Program-made: the position numbers and the translations under genes
Source of the DNA: Planctomycetota bacterium
GTDB lineage: Bacteria; Planctomycetota; UBA11346
Direction of reading: 5' to 3'
Assembly (NCBI GenBank): GCA_014193115.1
Contig: BJHQ01000006.1
Coordinates: 210,232-274,231, forward strand
Length of the DNA: 64,000 nucleotides
Part shown: positions 29,127 to 38,621 of the stretch, one piece after another
Layout: every line of letters starts with the position of its first letter
How positions within the stretch are numbered: position 1 is the first letter of the stretch
Notes under the pieces: generated by a model
Seen by the model: only the letters and a program-made list of their open reading frames with translations
Told to the model about the DNA's origin: nothing
The model's database searches: none

Positions 29127-31520
29127 ATGACCAACACGCCCGTCTTCCCCGGCGCCGACGAATCCACGCCTTCGCTGTCCCAGTATTTTTCGTGGATCAA
29201 CAACACCAACGAAGGCGCCACTGCGGCCCAGACCGCGGCCAACCTGCGTTTCTTCCAGTGGCTGCACGACGAATACGGCATGGTGCTCGACATCTATGCT
29301 TTTGATGCCGGTGCCATCGATGGTGCGGGCGGTTACGGGTCGACGGATTCGGAACGCTTCCACCGCCAGTTTCCTCAGGGCTTCGCGCCGCTGGTCGCCC
29401 AGGCCCAGGCGATGGGGACCCGCTTGGGCCTGTGGTGCGGCCCAGACGGCTTCGGCGATACCCAGGCTGAAGAGTCCGCCCGCCACGACCTGATGGTCTC
29501 GCTGTGCCGCGACCACGGCTTCGTCCTGTTCAAGATGGATGGGGTGTGCGGCGCTTTGCGGCCGGAGAAGCAGGATGCCTTCGTACGCATGCTGACCGAG
29601 TGCCGGCGGCATCGTCCCGACCTCATCCTGCTCAATCACCGCTTGAAGCTGGGCAAGGGCATGCCCCACGCCACCACCTATCTGTGGGAAGGGGTGGAAA
29701 CCTATGTCGATGTCCATGTCACCAACCAGCGCTGCGCCACCCACAACCGGGCCTGGGCGCTGGAACGCGGCAACGTTCCCAATCTGGGCCGGCTCACCGA
29801 GGACCACGGCGTCTGCCTGTCGTCGTGCCTCGACGGCTGGGAGGACGACCTGGTGGTGCAGGCCTTCGGCCGCTCGCTGATCCTCGCTCCGGAACTGTAC
29901 GGCAATCCGTGGCTGCTGCGGGACGACGAATACCCGCGCCTGGCCCGGATCTTCAACCTCCATCGCCGGCTGCGCCACCTGCTGGTGCGCGGACAGGTGC
30001 TGCCTGAGGTCGACTTCGGACCGCATGCGGTCAGCCGCGGTGACGGCACCCATCGCGTGCTCTGCCTGCGCAATCCCACGTGGGAGGCGCGCACGGTGCG
30101 GGTGCCGCTCAGCGCCGCGATCGGACTCGAAGCTGCCGGACCCTTCACCGTGCGCCGGCTGCATCCACGTGAACGCTGGCTCGGCACTTTCGCTGCCGGC
30201 GCCGAGGTCGCGGTCGAGGTCGAGCCGTTCCGCGCCTTGCTGTTGGAAATCGCCAGCGTTGCGGCGGGCGCGACCGGAGTCGCGGTGTCCGGCGCCGATG
30301 CCGAGGTGGTGCGCGAGGTCGCCGGCCGGCCGGTGGAACTGCGCCTGCTGGGCACCCCCGGCACCACCAGCGCGGTGCGGCTCGATCTCGGCGGCTCCCG
30401 CTTCGATCGCGCCACCCTCGACGGCGTCGAGGTCAACGCGCTGCTGTCCGGAAATGCCGTGCCGGTGGACTTCGCCGGTACACCGCCAACCCAGCCCTGG
30501 CACCGCAAGCTCGGCGACCTCGCGCCGGTGCCGGTACCCGCCGACGCCGAGGCGCTGTATGAGGCCACCGCCTTCGCCGCCGACAGCAATGCACTTGAAG
30601 TGCGCGAGCTGGAACGCAGCGGTCCCACCGCCGTCCCCGCCGTGCAGGCGGCGCGCGATGCGTTCTTCGACCAGCCGCTGTTCCGCCAGCGTCATCTATG
30701 GGACCGCAACCTGTTCGACGACGACGGTAGCACCGGCCTGGGCGTCGGCCGGCGCTGGGGCGAGCAGCGGATCCGCGGCGGCTCCTTCCGGCTGGACCTG
30801 GGCAAGGTCCAGCACCTTGACCGGCTGACTTTGGCGGTACGCGATGAATACGAATTGCAGCCGCTGAAATCCCAGGAATCAGTATGGGGCTCGGTCTCCG
30901 CCGACCTCAGGGAATGGGTGCCGGTCCGTTTCTTCGCCGGATCGGCGCTGGAGGCCGTCATCCCGGATCAGCGGCCGTGGCGCTATGTCCGGCTCAGCGG
31001 CGGTCCGGACCTCGTGCGCGAGGTCCGCGCCTCTTATCGCGGGGTCGCTTTGCAGCGCGTCGGCTGGCGGGCCTCCAACCTGTTCGCGCCCTGGTCAGAC
31101 CGGCGCTGGACCCCGTGGGGACCGATGCACGTCGAACAGGCCTGGGAGCTGCCGTTCACCCTGACCGAGGCGGCCCCGCAATCGACCCTGTGCATCGCGG
31201 TGCATGGCCAGCATGGTCAGGAACGTGCCTGGTGCGCCCTGCGGGTCGAGGATGGCGCCGGGGGAACCATCTGGCGCGGCTGCCCCCGCCGCAGTCCATC
31301 CTTCCCGGCCAATACCTGGGAATGCCCGGTCCGCCCATGCACCGGCAACTCGACCTGGTACGTGCCGGTGACGGCGGATCTCCTGGGGAAACGCTGCACC
31401 GCAGTGGCGCTGCTGTTCCACGGCGGCAAGCCGGAGCTGCACATCGAGGCCTGGGTCACCGCCACCGCGCCGCCGCTGGCCGCGCGCACCCTGGTGCTGA
31501 CCTCAACCGGGCCGGATTGA
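29127..31520 (+). CDS. Putative glycoside hydrolase (TIM-barrel-like N-terminal region plus beta-sandwich C-terminal domains)
   Basis: 797-aa ORF with no stops, opposite a 685-aa antisense artefact. N-terminal YFSWINNTNEG...FFQWLHDEYGMVLDIYAFDAG resembles melibiase/GH36-like folds. Family assignment is not secure. Confidence 0.5.
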   Translation: MTNTPVFPGADESTPSLSQYFSWINNTNEGATAAQTAANLRFFQWLHDEYGMVLDIYAFDAGAIDGAGGYGSTDSERFHRQFPQGFAPLVAQAQAMGTRLGLWCGPDGFGDTQAEESARHDLMVSLCRDHGFVLFKMDGVCGALRPEKQDAFVRMLTECRRHRPDLILLNHRLKLGKGMPHATTYLWEGVETYVDVHVTNQRCATHNRAWALERGNVPNLGRLTEDHGVCLSSCLDGWEDDLVVQAFGRSLILAPELYGNPWLLRDDEYPRLARIFNLHRRLRHLLVRGQVLPEVDFGPHAVSRGDGTHRVLCLRNPTWEARTVRVPLSAAIGLEAAGPFTVRRLHPRERWLGTFAAGAEVAVEVEPFRALLLEIASVAAGATGVAVSGADAEVVREVAGRPVELRLLGTPGTTSAVRLDLGGSRFDRATLDGVEVNALLSGNAVPVDFAGTPPTQPWHRKLGDLAPVPVPADAEALYEATAFAADSNALEVRELERSGPTAVPAVQAARDAFFDQPLFRQRHLWDRNLFDDDGSTGLGVGRRWGEQRIRGGSFRLDLGKVQHLDRLTLAVRDEYELQPLKSQESVWGSVSADLREWVPVRFFAGSALEAVIPDQRPWRYVRLSGGPDLVREVRASYRGVALQRVGWRASNLFAPWSDRRWTPWGPMHVEQAWELPFTLTEAAPQSTLCIAVHGQHGQERAWCALRVEDGAGGTIWRGCPRRSPSFPANTWECPVRPCTGNSTWYVPVTADLLGKRCTAVALLFHGGKPELHIEAWVTATAPPLAARTLVLTSTGPD

Positions 31521-31613
31521 CGAAACCAGCCGCCCGCAGCGCTGCGCTGCGCTCCTGACGAAGCGGTCAACCGCTGGGAAATGGCGTTTCGCCTTGCAGG
31601 CAGCCTGCTCGCC

Positions 31614-32684
31614 CTACAGACGCCAGCGGAGCCAGCTCCACAGCCCGGGAGCCAGGGCCACCAGGCCGGCGCTGATGGCCGGGATCGCCGGGTTCGCCGA
31701 CGCCTCGGCGACGATGCCGCCGAGGACCAGGCATGCCGCGGGCCAAACACCCATCGCCAAGGCCTGGACCGACGCCGTCAGCAGGCGGTCGCGGTTGGAG
31801 AACCGGACGAAGGCGGGAAGCACGACCAGCACCAGGGCGATGGGCATGAGCAACCGCAGCCAGCGGCTCCAGACCAGGCTCGCATCGCCGGGTGCGCTGC
31901 GCTCGATCAGCTCGGCGCTCGACATGGTGAAACGGGGCAGCAGCAGCCGGAAGAGCCGGTCCGGCGGCTCGTCCAGACCCAGGCTGCCGGCATCGATCGA
32001 GTCCGGCCGGTCGCAGTGGACGGTGCCGTCGCTGGCGACCTGCATGCGCACCACCGAGCCGGTCAGGCGCCAGAGCGATCCGGTCCACTCGGCGCGGTCG
32101 GCATAGACCAGTTCGTCGCCGCTGGCCGCCGCCACCCGGATCAGCGATTTCTTCTGATCGGCGTCAGCTCCGACCAGGTGGATCGCTCCGGCGAACCAAT
32201 TGATGCCGGTCTCCGGATCGATCCACGCCTTGCCTTCCCGGGCCATGTCGCGCAGCCGATCCTCCATGGCATTGGCCCGGGCGGTGGCGTGGGGCGTCCA
32301 GCGGTCGGCGATCAGCGCATCGCCGAGGCCAGCCGCCAGCGCCAGGATCACCAGGCTGCGGGTGGCGGTGCGCGGGCCGATGCCGCTGGCACCCAGGGCG
32401 GTGAACTCGCCTTTGGCCAGCATCGGCGCCGCCACCACCAAGGCCGCTGCCACTGCCGCCACCGGGATGGCGAAATTCAGCAATTGCGGAATCCGCTCAC
32501 GATACAGGCCGAAGATCAGCTGGGCGCGATCCCCGGGCGACAGAGCGATCTTCGAGCCGAACAGCACGTTGACGCTGACCAGCAGATCCACGGCGATGAA
32601 CACGGTCACCAGCGCCACCGCCACCAGCACCACGGCGATGGCTCCGCGGATCAGCACATAGCGATCGAGGCGGCCTAGCAGCAT
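31614..32684 (-). CDS. LptF/LptG-family (YjgP/YjgQ) permease
   Basis: MLLGRLDRYVLIRGAIAVVLV... with 3 N-terminal TMs, a periplasmic beta-jellyroll-like region and C-terminal TMs. Confidence 0.75.
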   Translation of the reverse strand: MLLGRLDRYVLIRGAIAVVLVAVALVTVFIAVDLLVSVNVLFGSKIALSPGDRAQLIFGLYRERIPQLLNFAIPVAAVAAALVVAAPMLAKGEFTALGASGIGPRTATRSLVILALAAGLGDALIADRWTPHATARANAMEDRLRDMAREGKAWIDPETGINWFAGAIHLVGADADQKKSLIRVAAASGDELVYADRAEWTGSLWRLTGSVVRMQVASDGTVHCDRPDSIDAGSLGLDEPPDRLFRLLLPRFTMSSAELIERSAPGDASLVWSRWLRLLMPIALVLVVLPAFVRFSNRDRLLTASVQALAMGVWPAACLVLGGIVAEASANPAIPAISAGLVALAPGLWSWLRWRL

Positions 32685-32766
32685 TGCCCGACCGCTGGCG
32701 GAATCGTGCCGGAAACCGCTTTGGTGGTGAAGACCGCGGCGCATGGTCGCGCTGGAACGTCGTGCC

Positions 32767-33876
32767 TCACCGGTTCCTCCACAGCAGCCAGGCCCCGGCC
32801 ACCGCCAGCAGCACCACCGGAGGCCAGACCAGCCAGCCAGGATTCACCGCCGCCACCCGGGCGACCTCCTTGGCCGCGGCGTACGACACCGCGAGCTGGC
32901 CGGCGACGACCACGATGCCCAGCACCGCCGCCAGCAGCCGGTTGCCGCGGCCCATCGCCAAGCCGATCCCGCAGGCGAACAGCCACTGGGCGACGATCGC
33001 CGCCGGGATCATCCAGCGCACATGCCAGGCGAGCTGTAAAGCCCGTCGCCGGGACGGATCGTCAACGCCGGCGGCGAGCTGGGCCGACAGGGCCGTGGTG
33101 GCCAGGACCTCGGCATTGTTGCTGAAATCAACGGTGCGGCCGGGAACGCCCACCACCCATGACGCCAGGATCCCGGTGGTCGCCTTGCCCGGGTGGTGGT
33201 CCTTCGCCGGTTCGCTGATCAGCAGCCGCACGTCATCGAGCTGGAGCCCGGTGGCCGGGGCGGAATCCTTCTGGTCGCCGACCCAGGTGTCGTCCTCGGG
33301 CCTGGCCACCAGCCGGGCGCTGGGAGCGAAGCACACCATCAGGGTGCCATCGCGGTTCTGCTGGGCGCCGAACACGCCTGACAGTTCATCCCCCGAGATG
33401 GCATTGGCCGAGACGATGGTGCCTTCGTGGTTGATGATCGGCTGGCGCCGTCCGACCTGGGCGGCGATGGCCTGGCGCATCAGGTCGTCGCGCCCGGCGA
33501 AGGCCGCCAAGGTCAGCCACGGCAGCAGCAGATGGGCGGCGATGCCCATCCACACGGTCAGCACCACGACCAGCGGCAGGAACGCCCGGACCACCGCCCA
33601 GGTCGAGATGCCGGCGGCCTGGAGCGCGGTCAATTCGCCGTCTTCGCGCATCCGGCCGAGCACCGCCAGCACCGACGTGGTCAGCGCCAAGGGCAGGGCG
33701 ATCAGGCTGATCAGCGGCAGTTGCAGCAGCAGGAAGCCGGCCACCGCATCGACCGGGGCGCCCTGCTTGATCAGCGGCGCCGCCGCGCCGGCGCAGATCA
33801 GGCCGAGGAACACCGTGGCATAGAACCATGCCTGGGCGGTGACCTCGACCAGAACCGCCCGGGAAAGGACGCGCAT
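32767..33876 (-). CDS. LptF/LptG-family (YjgP/YjgQ) permease
   Basis: MRVLSRAVLVEVTAQAWFYATVFLGLI... has the same architecture. Only the C-terminal 370 aa of the 792-aa track ORF are real; the remainder is antisense to dnaX. Confidence 0.75.
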   Translation of the reverse strand: MRVLSRAVLVEVTAQAWFYATVFLGLICAGAAAPLIKQGAPVDAVAGFLLLQLPLISLIALPLALTTSVLAVLGRMREDGELTALQAAGISTWAVVRAFLPLVVVLTVWMGIAAHLLLPWLTLAAFAGRDDLMRQAIAAQVGRRQPIINHEGTIVSANAISGDELSGVFGAQQNRDGTLMVCFAPSARLVARPEDDTWVGDQKDSAPATGLQLDDVRLLISEPAKDHHPGKATTGILASWVVGVPGRTVDFSNNAEVLATTALSAQLAAGVDDPSRRRALQLAWHVRWMIPAAIVAQWLFACGIGLAMGRGNRLLAAVLGIVVVAGQLAVSYAAAKEVARVAAVNPGWLVWPPVVLLAVAGAWLLWRNR

Positions 33877-33975
33877 GGTCGCAGGATAGAGGCCGGCACC
33901 GCCGCCGGGAGCGGCGAAGCCCCACCGGCGGCCCCGGGATTGCATGCTGGCGGGCGCACCTTCCCCTGACCCGAC

Positions 33976-35169
33976 ATGAGTTATCTCGTCATCGCCCGCA
34001 AGTACCGGCCGCAGACCTTCGCCGAGGTCGCCGGCCAGGACGCGGTGGCCCGGACCCTGGCCAATGCCATCCGCAAGCAGCGCATCGCCCATGCCTATCT
34101 GTTCACCGGGCCGCGCGGGGTCGGCAAGACGTCGATGGCGCGGATCCTGGCCAAGGCCCTGACCTGCATCGGCGCCGATGGGCAGAACGAAGCGCCCACC
34201 GCCACGCCCTGCGGCGTCTGCCAGCATTGCCGGATGGTCACCGATTCGGTCCACCCCGATGTCGCCGAGATCGACGCCGCCCGCTTCACCGGGGTCGACG
34301 CCATCCGTGACCTCGGCGACGGCACCGGCTTCGCGCCGACCCTCGCCCGCAGCCGAGTCTATATTCTCGATGAAGTCCACATGCTGTCGACCAACGCGTG
34401 GAACGCGCTGCTGAAAGTGCTGGAAGAACCGCCGCCCCACGTCCGCTTCATCTTCGCCACCACCGAGGTCGACAAGGTCCTCGACACGGTGATGTCGCGG
34501 GTCCAGCGCCTCGATTTCCGCTCTATCGATCCCCGCCATGTGGTCGAACGCCTGGCCGACATCGCCGTCCGCGAAGGGATCGGTGCGCTCACCCCGGCCC
34601 TGCTCCACCGCATCGCCCGGGCCGCCGGCGGCGGCATGCGCGACGCGCAGACCCTGCTCGATCAATTGATCGCCATCGCCGACGACGTGCCTAGCGACGC
34701 CGACCTCGACCTGCTGCTCGGCGCGGCCCGCGGCGGCGAGGTCGAAGCGTTGGTGACGTCGGTGGTGGCTGGCAGCCATCGCGAGGCGCTGGAGCGGCTC
34801 GACCGGATCCTGGGCGACGGCGTGGCAGTGGCGACCCTGCTCGATCAGGTGCTGGAATTGCTGCGCGCCGTGCTGCTGGTCCAGACCTGCGGGCCGACCT
34901 CGCCGGCGGTCGCCCGGCTCGGCGTGGTACCCGAATCCGTCCCCGGACTGGCGGCATCGTTGGCCCCGGAGCGCCTGCAACGGATGTGCCAGATCGTGAT
35001 GGGGGCTCAGCAGCACCTGCGCCACGGCGCCGACGCCCGGCTGGAGGCGGAACTCGCCCTGGTTCGCTTGGCGCAGCTGCACAAAGTCGTCGATGTCGAT
35101 GAGCTGCTCCGCCGGCTGCAACGGATGGAAGGCGCCGGTCGGCAAGAGGCGGCCTCGCGCCCCCGCTAG
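33976..35169 (+). CDS. dnaX: DNA polymerase III gamma/tau subunit (short, gamma-like 397 aa)
   Basis: MSYLVIARKYRPQTFAEVAGQD...HAYLFTGPRGVGKTSMARILAKAL (Walker A)...CGVCQHC (zinc module)...YILDEVHMLS. Confidence 0.9.
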   Translation: MSYLVIARKYRPQTFAEVAGQDAVARTLANAIRKQRIAHAYLFTGPRGVGKTSMARILAKALTCIGADGQNEAPTATPCGVCQHCRMVTDSVHPDVAEIDAARFTGVDAIRDLGDGTGFAPTLARSRVYILDEVHMLSTNAWNALLKVLEEPPPHVRFIFATTEVDKVLDTVMSRVQRLDFRSIDPRHVVERLADIAVREGIGALTPALLHRIARAAGGGMRDAQTLLDQLIAIADDVPSDADLDLLLGAARGGEVEALVTSVVAGSHREALERLDRILGDGVAVATLLDQVLELLRAVLLVQTCGPTSPAVARLGVVPESVPGLAASLAPERLQRMCQIVMGAQQHLRHGADARLEAELALVRLAQLHKVVDVDELLRRLQRMEGAGRQEAASRPR

Positions 35170-35204
35170 GGTCGGCGGCCGCGGCCGGCGGCCGACCGAC
35201 CCGT

Positions 35205-35462
35205 TTGTCCGATCCGGCCGATCCAGGATCCACTGTCCCCGGAGCTGCGCCGTCGAGCGGGGCCGCGGCGTCTCCCGGGAGAGGCGAGCCCCCGCTCGCC
35301 TTGAAAGCTGTTCCGCCGCCCATTTCGGCCCGGGACCGCTACCGCTCCGCCGAGGACCATCCGGCGGTGCGCGAGATCCAGCGTCGTTTCCAGGCCGAGA
35401 TCGTGGCCCGGGAACCGGTCACACGCGAAGAGTGGCTGAAGCGCTTCACCGCTGCGCTCTGA
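35205..35462 (+). CDS. Hypothetical 85-aa ORF downstream of dnaX
   Basis: ORF-track only; no motif. It could be an artefact or part of a shifted dnaX C-terminus. Confidence 0.25.
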   Translation: MSDPADPGSTVPGAAPSSGAAASPGRGEPPLALKAVPPPISARDRYRSAEDHPAVREIQRRFQAEIVAREPVTREEWLKRFTAAL

Positions 35463-35543
35463 GCACGTGCCTTACCCGCACTTCCTGCTCTGGCGACTGG
35501 TGTCAAACTGCACGTTCCCACGCCAACAACCGAAGGTTCCTCT

Positions 35544-37469
35544 GTGTCGCCTACCATCTCCATCCTGAGCCTGCTGGTCCTGACGGTCGCGACGTGCGCC
35601 TGGGGCGTCGAGATCCATGTCTCGACCTCGGGCGATGACTCAGCGCCGGGAACCGCCGACAAACCACTCAAAAGCCTGGCCGCGGCCCAGGCAAAAATGC
35701 GGGCGGCGATCGCTGCCGGCCTCGACGGACCAGCGAGCGTGATCCTGCATGCCGGCACCTGGCGGCTGAGCCAGCCGCTGGCGTTCGGTCCCGAAGACGG
35801 CAGCGATCGGCAGACCGTCACCTGGCGGGCCGCCGAGCAGGCGACGGTGGTGCTCTCCGGCGGAGTCGACGTGCCGTGGAGCGTCGCTGACGCCGGCCAG
35901 CGCGGCGAAAACGCCGACTGGCACAGCGTGCTGCCAGCGGGGATCGACGAGCCCGAGGTGGTGCGGATCGGCGAGTCCCTGGCTGAGCCGTCGCGCTACC
36001 CGGCTGGCGGGAAATTCGAGAACAAAGCCTATCTGGGGGTGAACAAGGCGATCAACCAGGGCGGCAAACCGTCGCCCAACGGACCGGTCGGGAAAAGCAT
36101 CCAAGGTGGTTGGCGGTTGGAGGTCGGCGGCGATCTCAGCGCGCTGCCCGCCCAGACCCCGATGCGTCTGGCGGTGAAGAAGATCTGGTCGATGGCTCGG
36201 CTGCGGGCGACGGTGGATGCCGCCGCCAAGCAGGTGCTCCTCGACGATGCCCTGATCTCCGGCGACCACATGAACATGCTCGGCGGCGCCAAGGACTTCC
36301 GCTGCTGGTTCGAGGCCCATCCGTCCTTTGAGCGCCGTCCCGGCCAGTGGGCCTACGATCCTGCGACCCGGACCGTCATCTATCGGCCAAAGCCTGGCGA
36401 GACGCCGGCCGGCTCGCCGTTGGTGGTTGGCGCGCTGAACCGGCTGGTGGTCATCCACGGGACCAGCGCCAAGCCGGTCCAGGGCCTGCGCCTGAGCGGA
36501 TTGACCTTCCGCGACGCCGCCGGCCAGTTGCCCAGCGGCGGAATAGATGACCTCCAGGCCTGCCGCACCCACCGCGATTTCAGCGGCGGGATGACCGACC
36601 CCGCCGACCCGAGCGATGTGCGCAGCCTGCCGGTGGCGGTGGTCGCCACGTTTGCCCGGGACGTGGCCATCACCGGCTGCACGTTCACCGATCTCGGGGG
36701 CCACGGACTGTCGATCTCCACCGGCTGCTCGAAAGTCCTGATGCAAGGCAACACCTTTGCGCGGATCGGAGCCGTGCCGCTGCTGATCGGGACGTGCTCC
36801 CAGCCGCCGACCAGTCCGTTGGTCAGCGAGGTCACCGCCGAGCGCAACCGCATCAGCCAGGGCGGATTGCACCATGGCGGTGCGCCGGGGATCTGGGTCG
36901 GCCTGACCGTCGCGAGCCGGATCAGCCGCAACCATGTCCACGACATGCCATACACCGGGATCAGCCTGGGCTGGAGCTGGCAACCCAAGACCACCGGCGC
37001 CAAGGACAACCGGATCGACGCCAACCTGATCGAAAAAGTCATGGAATTCCTCACCGATGGCGGCGCCATCTATTGCCTCGGCGACCAGCCCGGCGGGCAG
37101 ATCACCGGCAACCTGATCCGCGATCTGCCCAAGGTGGTGCTCAGCGGCCATGGCTTCGACCGCAATGGGATTTACCTGGATGAGGGCAGCCAGGGCTGGA
37201 CCGTCACCGGCAATCTGGTGATCCGTGTCCCGCTGTGCGGGCTGTACCTGCACAAGCCCGGCGACCACCCGCTCAACCGCATCGAAGGCAATTCGTTCAT
37301 CCTCTGGAACGGCCAGCTCGGCCGGATCTTCCCGCCCTATGGCAAAGGCGATCTGCTGGTGAAAGCCGGCGATTTCCCGAAGCGGGTGGCCTTCGGCGAC
37401 AACCTGGCGCTCGAACCGGCGCTGGTCGGCCCGGCCGAAGAGGCGCTGCTCAAGCAGGTCGGACCGTAA
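35544..37469 (+). CDS. Secreted right-handed parallel beta-helix repeat protein (pectate-lyase-fold; possible polysaccharide-active enzyme)
   Basis: Signal peptide MSPTISILSLLVLTVATCAWG. Recurrent beta-helix coil motifs (GCTFTDLGGHGLSI, GNTFARIG, DGGAIYCLGDQPGGQITGNLI). Confidence 0.7.
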   Translation: MSPTISILSLLVLTVATCAWGVEIHVSTSGDDSAPGTADKPLKSLAAAQAKMRAAIAAGLDGPASVILHAGTWRLSQPLAFGPEDGSDRQTVTWRAAEQATVVLSGGVDVPWSVADAGQRGENADWHSVLPAGIDEPEVVRIGESLAEPSRYPAGGKFENKAYLGVNKAINQGGKPSPNGPVGKSIQGGWRLEVGGDLSALPAQTPMRLAVKKIWSMARLRATVDAAAKQVLLDDALISGDHMNMLGGAKDFRCWFEAHPSFERRPGQWAYDPATRTVIYRPKPGETPAGSPLVVGALNRLVVIHGTSAKPVQGLRLSGLTFRDAAGQLPSGGIDDLQACRTHRDFSGGMTDPADPSDVRSLPVAVVATFARDVAITGCTFTDLGGHGLSISTGCSKVLMQGNTFARIGAVPLLIGTCSQPPTSPLVSEVTAERNRISQGGLHHGGAPGIWVGLTVASRISRNHVHDMPYTGISLGWSWQPKTTGAKDNRIDANLIEKVMEFLTDGGAIYCLGDQPGGQITGNLIRDLPKVVLSGHGFDRNGIYLDEGSQGWTVTGNLVIRVPLCGLYLHKPGDHPLNRIEGNSFILWNGQLGRIFPPYGKGDLLVKAGDFPKRVAFGDNLALEPALVGPAEEALLKQVGP

Positions 37470-38407
37470 TGCCAGCGCCCGCCCTGGTCGTACTCGGCTC
37501 GATCAACGTCGACCGGTTCCTGACCATCGCAGCGTTGCCCCGGCCTGGTGAGACCATCACTGGCAGGTCGGCAGCGGTGCGCACCGGCGGCAAAGGCGCC
37601 AACCAGGCTGGCGCCGCTGCACGCCTGGGCTGTCCGACGAGTTTCCATGGCCGGGTCGGCGATGATGCCAGCGCCGCCCAGGTGATTGCCGATCTGGCCG
37701 CGACCGGTTGTTCGGTCGCCGGCCTGCTGACCGCTCCCGGGCCGACCGGCGAGGCGTTGATCCTGCTCCAGCCGGGCGGCGAAAACTCGATCATCCTGGC
37801 CCCGGGAGCGAACCACGTCTGGCCAGAGCACGTAGAATTTTCCCAGGAATTTCTTCGCGATCTGGGCCGATCCAGTGGTTTGCTGCTGCAATGCGAAATC
37901 CCCCAGCGGGTCAACCTGGCAGCGGTTGCGGCGGCGCGGGCCGCCGGAGTTCCAGTGATCCTCGACGCTGGCGGATCGGCGGAGCCGCTGTCCGACGAGC
38001 TGCTCGCCGGGGTGGCGGTGCTCAGCCCCAACGAGTCCGAACTTGCTCGCCTGACCGGCCTGCCGACTACCACCGACGCAGAGGTGCTGGAGGCGGTCCG
38101 TACGATCCAGACGCGGGGCGTGGATCTGGTGCTGGTCAAGCTCGGCGCCCGCGGCGCCCTGGCCGTACCGCGGCACGGCCGGCCGACCCATCAACCGGCC
38201 TTCGCAGTGCCGGTGGTCGACACCACCGGCGCCGGCGACTGCTTCACCGCTGCTTTCGCGGTGGGGATGAGTGACGGGCTGGCGCCGGCGAGCCGGCTGC
38301 GTTTCGCGGCTGCTGCCGCCGCGCTCTGCGTGCAGACCGCCGGAGCTCTGCCGTCGATGCCGGATCGCGGCATGGTGCAGGATTTCCTGGGCAAAACCGG
38401 GGACTGA
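37469..38407 (+). CDS. rbsK: Ribokinase (PfkB family)
   Basis: LVVLGSINVDRFL...TGGKGANQA...DTTGAGDCFTAAF are the ribokinase signatures. Start overlaps the upstream stop (TAATG). Confidence 0.8.
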   Translation: MPAPALVVLGSINVDRFLTIAALPRPGETITGRSAAVRTGGKGANQAGAAARLGCPTSFHGRVGDDASAAQVIADLAATGCSVAGLLTAPGPTGEALILLQPGGENSIILAPGANHVWPEHVEFSQEFLRDLGRSSGLLLQCEIPQRVNLAAVAAARAAGVPVILDAGGSAEPLSDELLAGVAVLSPNESELARLTGLPTTTDAEVLEAVRTIQTRGVDLVLVKLGARGALAVPRHGRPTHQPAFAVPVVDTTGAGDCFTAAFAVGMSDGLAPASRLRFAAAAAALCVQTAGALPSMPDRGMVQDFLGKTGD

Positions 38408-38445
38408 GCTCTGGCGGGGCTCGCTCCGCCGAAAATTTCCCCCGC
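38408..38445 (+). terminator. Putative intrinsic terminator after rbsK
   Basis: GGCGGGGCTCGCTCCGCC hairpin followed by GAAAATTT. Confidence 0.35.
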
Positions 38446-38621
38446 CCGCACCCACGGGTCCCCGAGAGAACGGCGCATAGCAAATTTTTTCTGGCAGACC
38501 GCGCGCCCTGCTCTCAAGGGCTCGTGCCAAGCGCAGCCGATGGTTGCCGACCTCGACGGAGCCGCGGATCAGGCCCATACGACCCTGGCGATTCCTCTGC
38601 TGATCGCCAGGCTCGGCACCC

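Noticed and set aside
33877-35145. N-terminal 420 codons of the 792-aa minus ORF
   Set aside because: Antisense to dnaX (Walker A and Zn-module unmistakable on plus). Only the downstream 370 codons (LptF/G permease from the ATG at 33876) are real.
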